Shown one piece after another: positions 1-8,524 of a stretch of DNA of 33,604 nucleotides; positions within the stretch are counted from its first letter, which is position 1, and each line of letters begins with the position of its first letter. The DNA lies in contig JAIFKS010000168.1 in assembly GCA_020049465.1 (NCBI GenBank), positions 1 through 33,604 of the forward strand, given 5' to 3'. This DNA is from a bacterium (lineage in GTDB: Bacteria > Krumholzibacteriota > Krumholzibacteriia > LZORAL124-64-63). The position numbers and the translations under genes are program-made. The notes beneath the pieces were generated by a model. It was given only the letters and a program-made list of their open reading frames with translations, searched no databases and was not told the DNA's origin.

Positions 1-1190
1 TCTTCGCTCTCGCGAAGCGCGGATTCGGTCCGCTGCCAGCCCGTGATGTCGACGAAGTAGCCCTGGATCCGCGCGACGCCGTCCTGACCGCACCCCTGCG
101 TGACGACATTGGCCAGGACCCAGAGGTCGTGCCCGTCGTGGTGCCGGAACCGGTAGAGCTGGTGGCCGAACCGGCCCGGTGGCGCCGCTTCACCGGCGGC
201 GGCGGCTGTCAGCCTGGCCAGGTCATCGGGATGGACGAGCCGACCCAGCGTCAGGCTGCCGGCGGCGAACGCCGCGAGCTCGTGGCCCAACACCTGCGAG
301 ACGTTGTCCGAGATGTACTCGAGAGGCCAGCCTGCTTCATCCCGGCACTTGAAGACGACGACGGGGCCGGTGCGGTAGACATCCCGTTCCTCACGGAGCA
401 GATCGTGGGCACGTTGCAACTCGCCGACGGCCTGCAGACGACGGGCCGCCTGTGCGCCGATCGTGCGGCCGCTGAACACGATGCCGCCGATGCCGACCAG
501 CCAGGTCGGGCCCAGGATCCACAGCGCGCGCCGGTGCCCCGGCCGCTCGGCCGCGTACAGCGGCGCCATGGGCACCGAGACCGAGACGCCTCCGCGCGCC
601 TCTCCGACGTGATCCGCCTGATCGACATGGCACTTCAGGCAATCCTCGCGCGTGACCATGGGCCGCATCAACCGCAGTTGGGGCTCCCCGCCTTCCGTGA
701 CGAAGTCGGCCACTTCGGACGCGCCGCCCGCCAGGGCCAGCAGGGCCGTGCGTTCCCAGGCATCCGGCGCGTTGCCGGGGCGCAGCGGCTCCAGGCTGGT
801 GACGTGCCCGGTGACGCCATAGAGCTCGGGATAGTTCGCCGCCAGCTGTCGGACCAGATTGGCCGGATCCATCAGGGTCAGCCGCTTGCCGTCGGCCACG
901 GCGATGTCGCGGTCGGGCACATTCTCCAGATAGGGGCTGGGCTGCGTGTGCTCGTCGATGGGCACATAGACGCCGCCCCGCTGGGCGGCCCACAGTCGGA
1001 AGACCTGGTCCTTGTTGAAATGAGCCCGCGCGACGGCCAGGGCGGACTGGTGGGTTTCGAGGCGGACGTCGCGGAGCCGATAGGCCAGCGCTCCGCCCAG
1101 AAAAACCGTCCAGGCGATGGCTGCCAGCCAGGCCAGATTCCGCAGGCGGAGCCCTGACGGTGCGCTGGCCGGAGTCTCAGGTGGTGCCAC
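1..1190 (-). CDS. Sensor protein, N-terminal part (5'-partial; gene continues beyond window position 1): TM helix, periplasmic DUF3365/Tll0287-like domain with CxxCH heme-binding motif, second TM, PAS-like domain
   Basis: Minus-strand frame translated by hand gives a protein-like sequence (…LRNLAWLAAIAWTVFLGGALAY…TREDCLKCHVDQADHV…ALWILGPTWLVGIGGIVF…PVVVFKCRDEAGWPLEYISDNVSQVLGHEL…). It is absent from the ORF track only because it has no in-window stop at its 3' side. GTG start at 1190 is preceded by GGAGA (4-nt spacer) and an in-frame TGA immediately upstream. High GC3. The plus-strand ORF 129..1157 and minus ORF 391..993 over the same DNA are Arg/Ala-rich artefacts. Confidence 0.7.
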   Translation of the reverse strand, partial: MAPPETPASAPSGLRLRNLAWLAAIAWTVFLGGALAYRLRDVRLETHQSALAVARAHFNKDQVFRLWAAQRGGVYVPIDEHTQPSPYLENVPDRDIAVADGKRLTLMDPANLVRQLAANYPELYGVTGHVTSLEPLRPGNAPDAWERTALLALAGGASEVADFVTEGGEPQLRLMRPMVTREDCLKCHVDQADHVGEARGGVSVSVPMAPLYAAERPGHRRALWILGPTWLVGIGGIVFSGRTIGAQAARRLQAVGELQRAHDLLREERDVYRTGPVVVFKCRDEAGWPLEYISDNVSQVLGHELAAFAAGSLTLGRLVHPDDLARLTAAAAGEAAPPGRFGHQLYRFRHHDGHDLWVLANVVTQGCGQDGVARIQGYFVDITGWQRTESALRESE

Positions 1191-1456
1191 GTTGTCTCCG
1201 GCGGCTCAGACGGTGGGGGCCTGAACGAGACGATTCTGAGGCCGGTAGCCTAGGCCCAGGCCATTTGCCCACCTCATCATGCCTGAAGATTTCCCGCATG
1301 GGAAGTTGAAACCGCCAGGCTGCGCCGACCGCCACCTGGGGGCCCGCCAGCGCGCCGCCAGTTCATCCTTGCCGATGCGCGCGCCCACCGGCGATATTGC
1401 CGGCGGAAACAGACTGCATTCGTCACCGGAGAGCCGGACTTCCAGGGGGAACTGTG

Positions 1457-2749
1457 ATGATGAAATGGTCGAGAGTGTTCTTCATGGTGCTGCTCGCGGG
1501 CCTGGTGACGCTGGCACCGTCAGCCCAGGCGATCGACAAGGGCACGGCCGAGCTCGGCATCTTCGGCCGGGTTTCGTTCTTCGACCCGGCGTTCGACATC
1601 GCCGACTGGGGCGGCCCCGGCCTTCGCGCCGGCTACTTCCTGGCCAATGACCTGGCGCTCGAAGCCGACGCGTCGTTCACCAGCACCGACGGCATCATCA
1701 CCGAAGGTCTGCGTCAGGACGTGCAGGTCATGCCGTTCCACGCCCGCCTGATCTGGAATCGCCCCGTCGGCGAGCAGACCCATCTGCTGCTGGGCGCCGG
1801 CTACACGCACATCGAGTACGGCGACGACGTCAACGCTTCGGGCGACGGCGCGGGCGCCCTGATCGGATTCCGCTACCAGACGCTGGAGAACCTGTCGTTC
1901 CGCTTCGAAGCGACCGCCGACTGGTACAGCGACAACGATCTCACCGAAGAGTCGGATCCCATCGACTTCGGCGTGCAGTTCGGCTTCAGCGGCCTGTTCG
2001 GCGGCGGCCCGGGCGACCGTGACAAGGACGGCGTCACCGACGACCTGGACCTCTGCCCCGAGACGCCGCGCGGTGAAGCCGTCGACGCCAAGGGTTGCCC
2101 GCTGCCCAAGGACAGCGACGGCGACGGCATCATGGACGACGCGGACAAGTGCCCCGACACGCCGAAGGGCGACAAGGTCGACGCCCGCGGCTGCACGCTG
2201 CCCAAGGACAGCGACGGCGACGGCGTCACCGACGACAAGGACAAGTGCCCCGGCACGCCGAAGGGTGAAAAGGTCGACGCCAACGGCTGCGCCCTGCCCA
2301 AGGACAGCGACGGCGACGGCGTCACCGACGACAAGGACAAGTGCCCCGGCACCGCCGCCGGCACCAAGGTCGACGCCAACGGCTGCCCGCAGCTGTTCGA
2401 GGAGACCAAGGGCACGCTGGTTCTTGAAGGCGTGAACTTCGCGACCAACAAGGCCGATCTGGACGCCGGCGCGCACGAGGTGCTCGACCGCGTGGCGATC
2501 AGCCTGCTGGCCTATCCGGAGATCCGCGTCGAAGTGGCCGGCCACACCGACAGCAAGGGCTCCCGCGCCCTGAACGTGCGCCTGTCCCAGAAGCGCGCCG
2601 AATCGGTGCGCGACTACCTGATCGGCAAGGGCATCGGCGCCGAGCGCCTGGTCGCCAAGGGCTACGGGCCGGACAAGCCCATGGCCACGAACGACACCGA
2701 CGAAGGCCGCGCGCAGAACCGCCGCACCGAGCTGAACAAGCTGGACTGA
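1457..2749 (+). CDS. OmpA family outer-membrane protein: N-terminal beta-barrel region, four thrombospondin type-3 (TSP3, Ca-binding) repeats, C-terminal OmpA_C peptidoglycan-binding domain
   Basis: Start ATGATG at 1457 after AGGGGGA. Signal peptide MMKWSRVFFMVLLAGLVTLAPSAQA|ID. Repeats DSDGDGVTDDKDKCPGTPKGEKVDANGC. C-terminus …NFATNKADL…RVEVAGHTDSKGS…LSQKRAESVRDYL…GYGPDKPMATNDTDEGRAQNRRTEL is a canonical OmpA_C. The ORF-track start at 1397 adds a non-signal N-extension. Confidence 0.9.
   Translation: MMKWSRVFFMVLLAGLVTLAPSAQAIDKGTAELGIFGRVSFFDPAFDIADWGGPGLRAGYFLANDLALEADASFTSTDGIITEGLRQDVQVMPFHARLIWNRPVGEQTHLLLGAGYTHIEYGDDVNASGDGAGALIGFRYQTLENLSFRFEATADWYSDNDLTEESDPIDFGVQFGFSGLFGGGPGDRDKDGVTDDLDLCPETPRGEAVDAKGCPLPKDSDGDGIMDDADKCPDTPKGDKVDARGCTLPKDSDGDGVTDDKDKCPGTPKGEKVDANGCALPKDSDGDGVTDDKDKCPGTAAGTKVDANGCPQLFEETKGTLVLEGVNFATNKADLDAGAHEVLDRVAISLLAYPEIRVEVAGHTDSKGSRALNVRLSQKRAESVRDYLIGKGIGAERLVAKGYGPDKPMATNDTDEGRAQNRRTELNKLD
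2014..2397. repeat. Four tandem 96-bp coding repeats (TSP3 repeat units of the OmpA-like gene); units 3 and 4 nearly identical at DNA level
   Basis: Repeat units begin at ~2014, 2110, 2207 and 2303 (gacagcgacggcgacggc…tgccc…aaggtcgacgccaacggctgc). More than 50 nt of identical DNA is shared by units 3 and 4. Confidence 0.8.
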
Positions 2750-2776
2750 CGGCGGCGTTCGCAAGAGTTGGAACAG

Positions 2777-2810
2777 CGAGGCGGTCCGGAAGCGGGCCGC
2801 CTCGTTCGTT
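2777..2810 (+). terminator. Putative intrinsic terminator downstream of the OmpA-like gene
   Basis: CGAGGCGGUCCGG-AAG-CGGGCCGCCUCG forms an ~11-bp GC-rich stem, followed by UUCGUUC. Confidence 0.5.
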
Positions 2811-2826
2811 CAACACCGGCGCTTCG

Positions 2827-2845
2827 CACTTGCGCCGGCGCAACT
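2827..2845. repeat. Copy 1 of the REP-like perfect palindrome cACTTGCGCCGGCGCAAct (core TTGCGCCGGCGCAA)
   Basis: The same 14-bp perfect palindrome occurs at 10557..10574 and 30763..30780. All three copies are intergenic and 3' of plus-strand genes. Confidence 0.55.
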
Positions 2846-3089
2846 ATCCCGACCTGAACCATCCTGCATGCATCGACATGATTCGCGCGGGAACCGTTGA
2901 CCCGCGGGGTGGCGCGTGATTGAATGGCCGCTCTCATCCACCGGGGACACCCCTGGCCACCGCGGATACGCGCGCGGCCTGTCCCGTCGTGTGGCTTCGT
3001 CGAACTTCCAGCCATGGAGGTGGGCGCCGCCAGTATCGCCTTGTTTTTCATTTGGTCATGACATCCCGATCATTGTCAGGAGATCACGC

Positions 3090-5402
3090 ATGAAAAAGAC
3101 ACTGCTTCACCTGCTGGGGCTGGCGATCGCGCTGACGCCTCTGGGTGCGTCGGCGGGGCTGGACAACAAGACCGACAGCTTCGGCGTCTACTTCGACAAC
3201 GCTGGCAACACCACCACGAAGACCGTTGGCGTGTTCACGCCGTTCCCGGTGTATCTGCTGCTCATGAACCCGACCGGCACGCTGACCGACGCGTTTGAGT
3301 GCACGGTCACCCCGACGGGTGCGCCGGTCTTTATCCTGGGCACCGACCTCGGTCCGGTCGCTCTGGACATCGATGCTTCCGCCAACGGCTTCGCCGTGGG
3401 CCGGGCGTCGCCGTACCCGATCGCCAACGACGCGATCGTGCTGGTGACCTGGAGCTTCATGGTGCAGGCGCCCACGCCGCTGGAATTCCGCATCACGCAG
3501 GCGACGATGAACTCGATCCCGGGCTCCGGCGTGCCGGTGGTCTCGGGAGGCGGCCTTCTGCGTCCGTGCCAGGTGTCGACCTGCGATGTCACGCTGCCGG
3601 TCGCGGCGGTCAATTCATCCTACGTGCCTATCATCTGCGACGACCCCCCGCTGCCGACCGACCTCCACGTCGGCGTGACGGCGACCTGCGGTGACCTTCA
3701 GGATTCCCGGGTCCTGGCCGCCACCACGGCGGTGGCCACCGACGACTACGACGGCAATCTCGACATCCCGAAACCCGCGCCGCCTCCGGGCAACTACGTC
3801 CAGGCCAGCTTCGAGCACGTCGGCTGGCCGCTCGGGCCGCGCTTCCGCGCCGACGTTCGCCGGCGCTACGATCCCCTGGCCGCATACCAGACCTGGCCGC
3901 TGATGGTGGAAACCGACCGTTCCGGCGACATCGTCCTGACGTTCGACTCGAGCCTCGCCCAGAGCGACGGCGCCCTGCTCTACCTGCGCGACCTGCAGAG
4001 CGGCCAGTTCTTCAACCTGTTCCCCGACCTGCGATTCGTGTTCACGAACAACGGTCTGCCGAACACCCATCGCTTCGAACTGCTGGTCGGCGCCGCGCCG
4101 GTGCCGCCGGCCCTGAACCCGGCCACCCGCGATCTGCCGGTCGGCTGGTCGATGGTGGGGATGCCCCTGACGCCGAACGCAGGCGCCACCGTCGGCACCC
4201 TGCTCACCGGCCCGGCGCCCGGCTACGCGTTCGTCTACGACTTCCTGCCCACGCAGGGCTACGGCCTCCGGCAAGACACGGACGCCGTATACGAAGGAGC
4301 CGGCTACTGGCTGGCCACCGACACGGCCTTCACCTGGTCGGCGCCGGGCACGCGCAACCTGGACGGCGTCACCAGAGGGCTGCACAACGGCTGGAACCTG
4401 ATCAGCTACGCGAACTGGTTCCCCGGACCGGTCGAAGGTCTCCGTGTCATCCGCTACGGCGTCACCTACGACTGGCAGACCGCCGCCCAGATGGGCCTGG
4501 TCTCTGCCGATGTCCAGTCGTTCGACCCCGCCGGCGGCAGCTATGTCGAGGTCGTGAACCTGCAGCCGTGGTACGGCTACTGGATCAACGCGCTGCAACC
4601 GGACCTGTCGTTGAAATTCTACTGGGGCAATTTCGTGCAGTTGCCCAAGCGGCTGACGACGGACAAGTCGGCGCTTGATCCCGACGACGACTCCTGGCAG
4701 TCCGACCTGACGCTGGTCGACGCCGCGGGTCAGCGGCGCACGATCACCCTGGGCATGAACACGCACGCAACGGCCGGCTTCGACGCACAGCACGACAAGC
4801 CGCAACCGCCGCAGTCGCCGGCCGGCGGACCGCTGCTGATGTTCAACCGTCCGGAATGGGAACTGGCCGCCGGCAACGACGAGAGCGTGTCGTGGACGGT
4901 CGTGCTGAGTTCCCCGAATCCGGGCCGCGCCGCGCTGACCTGGGATCCGAAGGAATGGCCGGAGGGCGTCGACTTCCAGCTCTACCTGCCGCACGAGAAC
5001 CGCGTGGCCATCATGTCGATGCGCAAGCAGACGACCTACACCACGGTGCTTGGTTCCATGGCGACGCAGGTCGTTGTCCGGACCCCCAGCTTCACGTCGA
5101 GCGTCGATGCGCCGGTGGGCACGGACTTCGGTGTGTCGGTCTCGCCGAACCCGTTCAACCCGCAGACCACCGTCGCCTTCGACCTGCCGCAGGCGGCGCG
5201 CGCCGAAGTGCGCGTCTACTCGGTGCGCGGCGAACTGGTGGCCGTGCTCGGCGGCGGCAGCTACGGCGCCGGCCGCCATCTGGAAGTGTGGCGCGGCGTC
5301 GATCGCCAGGGCCACGAGGTGCCGAGCGGTTCGTACTTCGCGCGCCTTCATGTCGACGGCAAGGCGAAGGGTCCCGTTACCAAGATGAGTCTGGTCCGGT
5401 AA
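3090..5402 (+). CDS. Large secreted protein of unknown function with a C-terminal FlgD-Ig-like / T9SS type-A (Por_Secre_tail-like) sorting domain; paralog A
   Basis: ATG at 3090 after AGGAG (7-nt spacer). Signal peptide MKKTLLHLLGLAIALTPLGASAG. C-terminus …SPNPFNPQTTVAFDLPQAARAEVRVYSVRGELVAVL…GRHLEVWRGVDRQGHEVPSGSYFARLHVDGKAKGPVTKMSLVR matches the PNPFNP…GxYFxRL…KMxLLK signature. Strongly paralogous to 6212..8524. The ORF-track start at 2916 (GTG) adds a non-signal extension. Confidence 0.85.
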   Translation: MKKTLLHLLGLAIALTPLGASAGLDNKTDSFGVYFDNAGNTTTKTVGVFTPFPVYLLLMNPTGTLTDAFECTVTPTGAPVFILGTDLGPVALDIDASANGFAVGRASPYPIANDAIVLVTWSFMVQAPTPLEFRITQATMNSIPGSGVPVVSGGGLLRPCQVSTCDVTLPVAAVNSSYVPIICDDPPLPTDLHVGVTATCGDLQDSRVLAATTAVATDDYDGNLDIPKPAPPPGNYVQASFEHVGWPLGPRFRADVRRRYDPLAAYQTWPLMVETDRSGDIVLTFDSSLAQSDGALLYLRDLQSGQFFNLFPDLRFVFTNNGLPNTHRFELLVGAAPVPPALNPATRDLPVGWSMVGMPLTPNAGATVGTLLTGPAPGYAFVYDFLPTQGYGLRQDTDAVYEGAGYWLATDTAFTWSAPGTRNLDGVTRGLHNGWNLISYANWFPGPVEGLRVIRYGVTYDWQTAAQMGLVSADVQSFDPAGGSYVEVVNLQPWYGYWINALQPDLSLKFYWGNFVQLPKRLTTDKSALDPDDDSWQSDLTLVDAAGQRRTITLGMNTHATAGFDAQHDKPQPPQSPAGGPLLMFNRPEWELAAGNDESVSWTVVLSSPNPGRAALTWDPKEWPEGVDFQLYLPHENRVAIMSMRKQTTYTTVLGSMATQVVVRTPSFTSSVDAPVGTDFGVSVSPNPFNPQTTVAFDLPQAARAEVRVYSVRGELVAVLGGGSYGAGRHLEVWRGVDRQGHEVPSGSYFARLHVDGKAKGPVTKMSLVR

Positions 5403-5438
5403 TCGCCGGCCCGACATCGCTTTCATCACGGTTCGCGA

Positions 5439-5471
5439 GCGCCGCCCGTCCCCTAGCGGGGCGGGCGGCGC
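5439..5471 (+). terminator. Strong GC hairpin (putative terminator) after paralog A
   Basis: gcgccgcccg-t-cccc-tagc-gggg-cgggcggcgc forms a 14-bp stem with one bulge and a 4-nt loop. The trailing U-tract is weak (g-UU-gac-UU). The hairpin directly abuts a -35 hexamer. Confidence 0.5.
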
Positions 5472-5472
5472 G

Positions 5473-5501
5473 TTGACTTCGCCCGATCATTGTGGTCTAA
5501 T
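5473..5501 (+). promoter_or_regulatory. Sigma70-like promoter for the small secreted-protein gene
   Basis: -35 TTGACT (5473..5478), 17-nt spacer, -10 TCTAAT (5496..5501). Located ~60 nt upstream of ATG 5563. Confidence 0.45.
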
Positions 5502-5562
5502 CCCCGCACAACTTCGGACCGCCATCCTAGGGCGACATCTCTTGCGATCAGGATTGCTCATC

Positions 5563-6138
5563 ATGCGCGCGACATGCAGGATGTTGATATTGGCTCTCGT
5601 TTGCACCGCACCCCTGGCTCTGGCGCCGCAGGCGTCGGCGCAGGAGCTCACCTTCGAATTCCAGGTGACCATCGGCGGCGTCGCCTCCGACTGGCACGCG
5701 TTCGGCCTGCGCGAAGACGCGCAGCAGGGCATCGACGGCTACGACCTGCCCGAACCGCCGGCCGCGCCGGGCTCCACCTTCCGCTCGTACCTGTCGATGT
5801 TCGAGCCGCTAACGGGACTGCCGAACCGCTGGCTCCAGGACTACCGCCCCGTCAACAGCATCACGCTCGACCGCGTCGAGCTCTGGCAGTTGTCCATCGA
5901 ATCGCCGGCCGTGGGCGCGACCTGCCGCATCGATCTGCGCGCGCGCGATCCCATCGGCATCCCCTACGATCTCTACTTCTTCGGTCCCGGCACCTACTAC
6001 CGGTCGCTGCAGGCGCCGGCCTCGATCAGCTTTCCGATCGACGCGACGTGGATGGTCCAGTTCTTCGAGCTGCGCCTGGACGAGAGCGTCGGCACCAGCG
6101 CCACCACCTGGGGAGGTGTGAAGAGCCTGTTCCGGTAG
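5563..6138 (+). CDS. Small secreted protein (~191 aa) of unknown function sharing the 'D(G)YDLPEPPAAPG' module with the flanking large paralogs
   Basis: ATG at 5563 gives MRATCRMLILALVCTAPLALAPQASAQ|E, a typical signal peptide. Protein-like composition and high GC3. The ORF-track start at 5473 lies inside the promoter and hairpin region. Confidence 0.6.
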   Translation: MRATCRMLILALVCTAPLALAPQASAQELTFEFQVTIGGVASDWHAFGLREDAQQGIDGYDLPEPPAAPGSTFRSYLSMFEPLTGLPNRWLQDYRPVNSITLDRVELWQLSIESPAVGATCRIDLRARDPIGIPYDLYFFGPGTYYRSLQAPASISFPIDATWMVQFFELRLDESVGTSATTWGGVKSLFR

Positions 6139-6211
6139 TTTTTCGAATTCTGCTCGTGTCCGGGAGAGTGCGCCCCGATCGGGGCTGTCCGCACATTGCA
6201 ACGAGGAGGCC

Positions 6212-8524
6212 GTGATGCGCCGAAGGTTCATGTTGATCGCGATGACGTGCGCTGTGTTTCTGTCGGTGGGAGGCTGGGCGATGGCCCAGGACAAGGATAC
6301 CGGCCTGGTGAACACGCCGGTTTCGGTGATGATCACCGGTGAAGGCGAGACGATCATCGCCAGCACATCCTCCGGGGCCCTCGACGGCTACGACGGCACG
6401 GATGTCGTCGACGGCAGCTACAATCTGACGATTCCCCACACCGATTGGCCCGGATCACCGGCAACGAAGTACTCCCGCGACAACCGCGCCGTCTACGACC
6501 CGACCGTCGCGATGAAGACCTGGGTCTTCACGGCCACAGCGGCGGATCCCGTCACAAACGGGTACCAGGTCGACCTCTCGTTCACGGCCAGCTTCACGGC
6601 CGACTCCGGAATCGGCCTGCTGCTCCACGACCGCGCCACCGGCAGCACGATCGACCTGCGCGCCGCCGGCATGCAATACGGCTATTATGCCTCCGGAACG
6701 CGGACCTTCGACCTGACGATCGGCAACCCGACGCCGCCGACGACGCCCGAGTACACGATCGACATCGCCACGACCTGCGGCCTCTACTACGATCCCCTGA
6801 CCCGCGCCGCCACGGACAACGAGGCCACCGACGGTTTCGACGGCGCCCTCGAAACGCCCGAACCCACGCCGCCGCCCGGCAACTACCTTTGCACGAGCAT
6901 GGAGCACGCCGACTGGCCCCTGGGCCCGCGCTTCAGCGCTGATGTGCGGGCGGCGTTCGACCCCACGGTCGCATCCGGGTTCTGGCCGCTGATGGTGGAA
7001 ACCGACCAGTCCGGCTACGTCGTGCTGAACTTCACGCCCAATTTCGCGGCGAACGCCGGGATCGGGCTCCAGTTGCGCGACCTGCAGACGGGTCTCGTCC
7101 TGGACCTGTTCCCGTCCTTGTCCTACACCTACGTGAACCACGGCGTCGCCACGGTCCGCCGCTTCGAGCTGAGCCTCGGCGCCGTGCAACCGCCGGCGTT
7201 GAATCCCACCAGTCGCCCGCTGCCGGCGGGGTGGTCGATGGTGGGCCTGCCGTTGGCGCCTCCCGCGGCCGCCAGCACCGTCGGTGACGTGCTGCTCGAA
7301 CCGTCGCCGGGTTATGCCTACGCCTTCACCTACGGCCGCTACGGCGGTTATCAGTCGGTGGCGGCGACCGCGACCGCTTCTCCCGGCATCGGGTACTGGC
7401 TGGGCACGTCGACCGGATTCAACTGGACGATGACCGGCACCCGTTTGCTGGGCGGCGTCACGGTGCCCCTGACCAACGGCTGGAACCTGATCGGCAACGC
7501 CAACTGGTTCCCGGCCCCGTTCGAGGGCCTGGTCGTCCTGCTCAATGGCGTCTCCTACGACTGGCTGACCGCCGTGCAGTTCGGCCTGGTCTCGGCCGAC
7601 GTGCAGAGCTACGACGCGGCGAGCGGCGCCTACTTCGACGCCGTCGATCTCCAGCCCTGGCAGGCCTACTGGATCAACGGGCTGACCGACAATCTCATCC
7701 TGCGCTTCAAGTGGGAGAACTTCCAGCAGATGCCCGCGCGCCTGGCCGCGCCGCCGGCGACCGACAAGGCGGTCACCAGCGACTGGCATACCGATCTGGT
7801 GCTGACCGACGCGCTGGAAAAGTCGCGCGCCGTCACCTTCGGCGTCGCGTCGCTGGCCACCGCGGCCTTCGACCCGCTGTACGACCGCCCCATGCCGCCC
7901 GCCTCTCCGGACGGCGGTCCGTCGCTGTCGTTCCAGCATCCCGAATGGGCGCTGGCCGCCGGCAACGCGTTCACGCGCGACCTGGTCGGACCGGCTGACG
8001 AGCCCGTGAGCTGGACCGTGGCGATGACCCAGCCCAAGGCCGGCGCCGCCACGCTCAGCTGGGATCCGGCGAACTGGCCGGAAGGCGTCGACTACCAGCT
8101 GTACTTCCCCCACGAGAACCGGGTGGTCGTGATGTCGATGCGTCATCAGACCAGCCTTACGGTCGATGTGGGACCGCAACCGCTGACCGTCGTCGTGCGC
8201 ACGCCGGACCTGACCTCCGACGTGGGCGATCTGCCGATGGTCGGCGACTTCAGCCTGTCCGCGCAGCCGAACCCGTTCAACCCGATCACCACGGTGTCGT
8301 TCAACCTGCCGCAGGCGGGACGCGCCGAGATCCGCATCTACTCGCTGCGGGGCGAACTAGTGGGCGTGCTCGGCGGGCACGACTATGAGGCCGGACGCCA
8401 TCAGGAAGTGTGGAACGGCCGCGACCGTCAGGGCCGCGAGGTGCCCAGCGGCTCGTACTTCGGCCGACTGCATGTCGACGGCGAGGTGCAGGGCCCGGTC
8501 GTCCGCATGAGTCTGGTGCGGTGA
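6212..8524 (+). CDS. Large secreted protein with a C-terminal FlgD-Ig-like / T9SS type-A sorting domain; paralog B (contains an internal duplication of the N-proximal module)
   Basis: GAGGAGG at 6203..6209; start GTG 6212 or ATG 6215. Signal peptide MRRRFMLIAMTCAVFLSVGGWAMAQ. Module ETPEPTPPPGNYLCTSMEHADWPLGPRFSADVRAAFDP…WPLMVETDQSG matches paralog A. C-terminus …QPNPFNPITTVSFNLPQAGRAEIRIYSLRGELVGVL…GSYFGRLHVDGEVQGPVVRMSLVR. Confidence 0.85.
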   Translation: MMRRRFMLIAMTCAVFLSVGGWAMAQDKDTGLVNTPVSVMITGEGETIIASTSSGALDGYDGTDVVDGSYNLTIPHTDWPGSPATKYSRDNRAVYDPTVAMKTWVFTATAADPVTNGYQVDLSFTASFTADSGIGLLLHDRATGSTIDLRAAGMQYGYYASGTRTFDLTIGNPTPPTTPEYTIDIATTCGLYYDPLTRAATDNEATDGFDGALETPEPTPPPGNYLCTSMEHADWPLGPRFSADVRAAFDPTVASGFWPLMVETDQSGYVVLNFTPNFAANAGIGLQLRDLQTGLVLDLFPSLSYTYVNHGVATVRRFELSLGAVQPPALNPTSRPLPAGWSMVGLPLAPPAAASTVGDVLLEPSPGYAYAFTYGRYGGYQSVAATATASPGIGYWLGTSTGFNWTMTGTRLLGGVTVPLTNGWNLIGNANWFPAPFEGLVVLLNGVSYDWLTAVQFGLVSADVQSYDAASGAYFDAVDLQPWQAYWINGLTDNLILRFKWENFQQMPARLAAPPATDKAVTSDWHTDLVLTDALEKSRAVTFGVASLATAAFDPLYDRPMPPASPDGGPSLSFQHPEWALAAGNAFTRDLVGPADEPVSWTVAMTQPKAGAATLSWDPANWPEGVDYQLYFPHENRVVVMSMRHQTSLTVDVGPQPLTVVVRTPDLTSDVGDLPMVGDFSLSAQPNPFNPITTVSFNLPQAGRAEIRIYSLRGELVGVLGGHDYEAGRHQEVWNGRDRQGREVPSGSYFGRLHVDGEVQGPVVRMSLVR

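Noticed and set aside
129-1157. Plus-strand 342-aa ORF (and minus ORF 391..993) at the left edge
   Set aside because: Arg/Ala/Gly-rich, low-complexity translation typical of wrong-frame ORFs in high-GC DNA. The same DNA encodes a convincing minus-strand heme-sensor protein in another frame.
2014-2397. Tandem repeats as a possible CRISPR array
   Set aside because: The repeats are 96 bp, in-frame and coding (TSP3 Ca-binding units) within an OmpA-family gene. There are no unique spacers and no cas genes.
3615-5429. Minus-strand 604-aa ORF antisense to paralog A (similarly 6455..8179 antisense to paralog B, 8428..9723 and 9429..10292 antisense to the ligase gene)
   Set aside because: Arg/Gly/Ala-rich artefactual translations. 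The sense strands encode signal-peptide-bearing proteins with a recognisable C-terminal sorting domain.
8410-8520. ATG 8410 as the start of the O-antigen-ligase-like gene
   Set aside because: It would overlap 115 nt of the upstream gene and adds a non-hydrophobic Arg/Pro-rich extension. GTG 8521 gives the classic GTGA stop/start overlap and a hydrophobic N-terminus.
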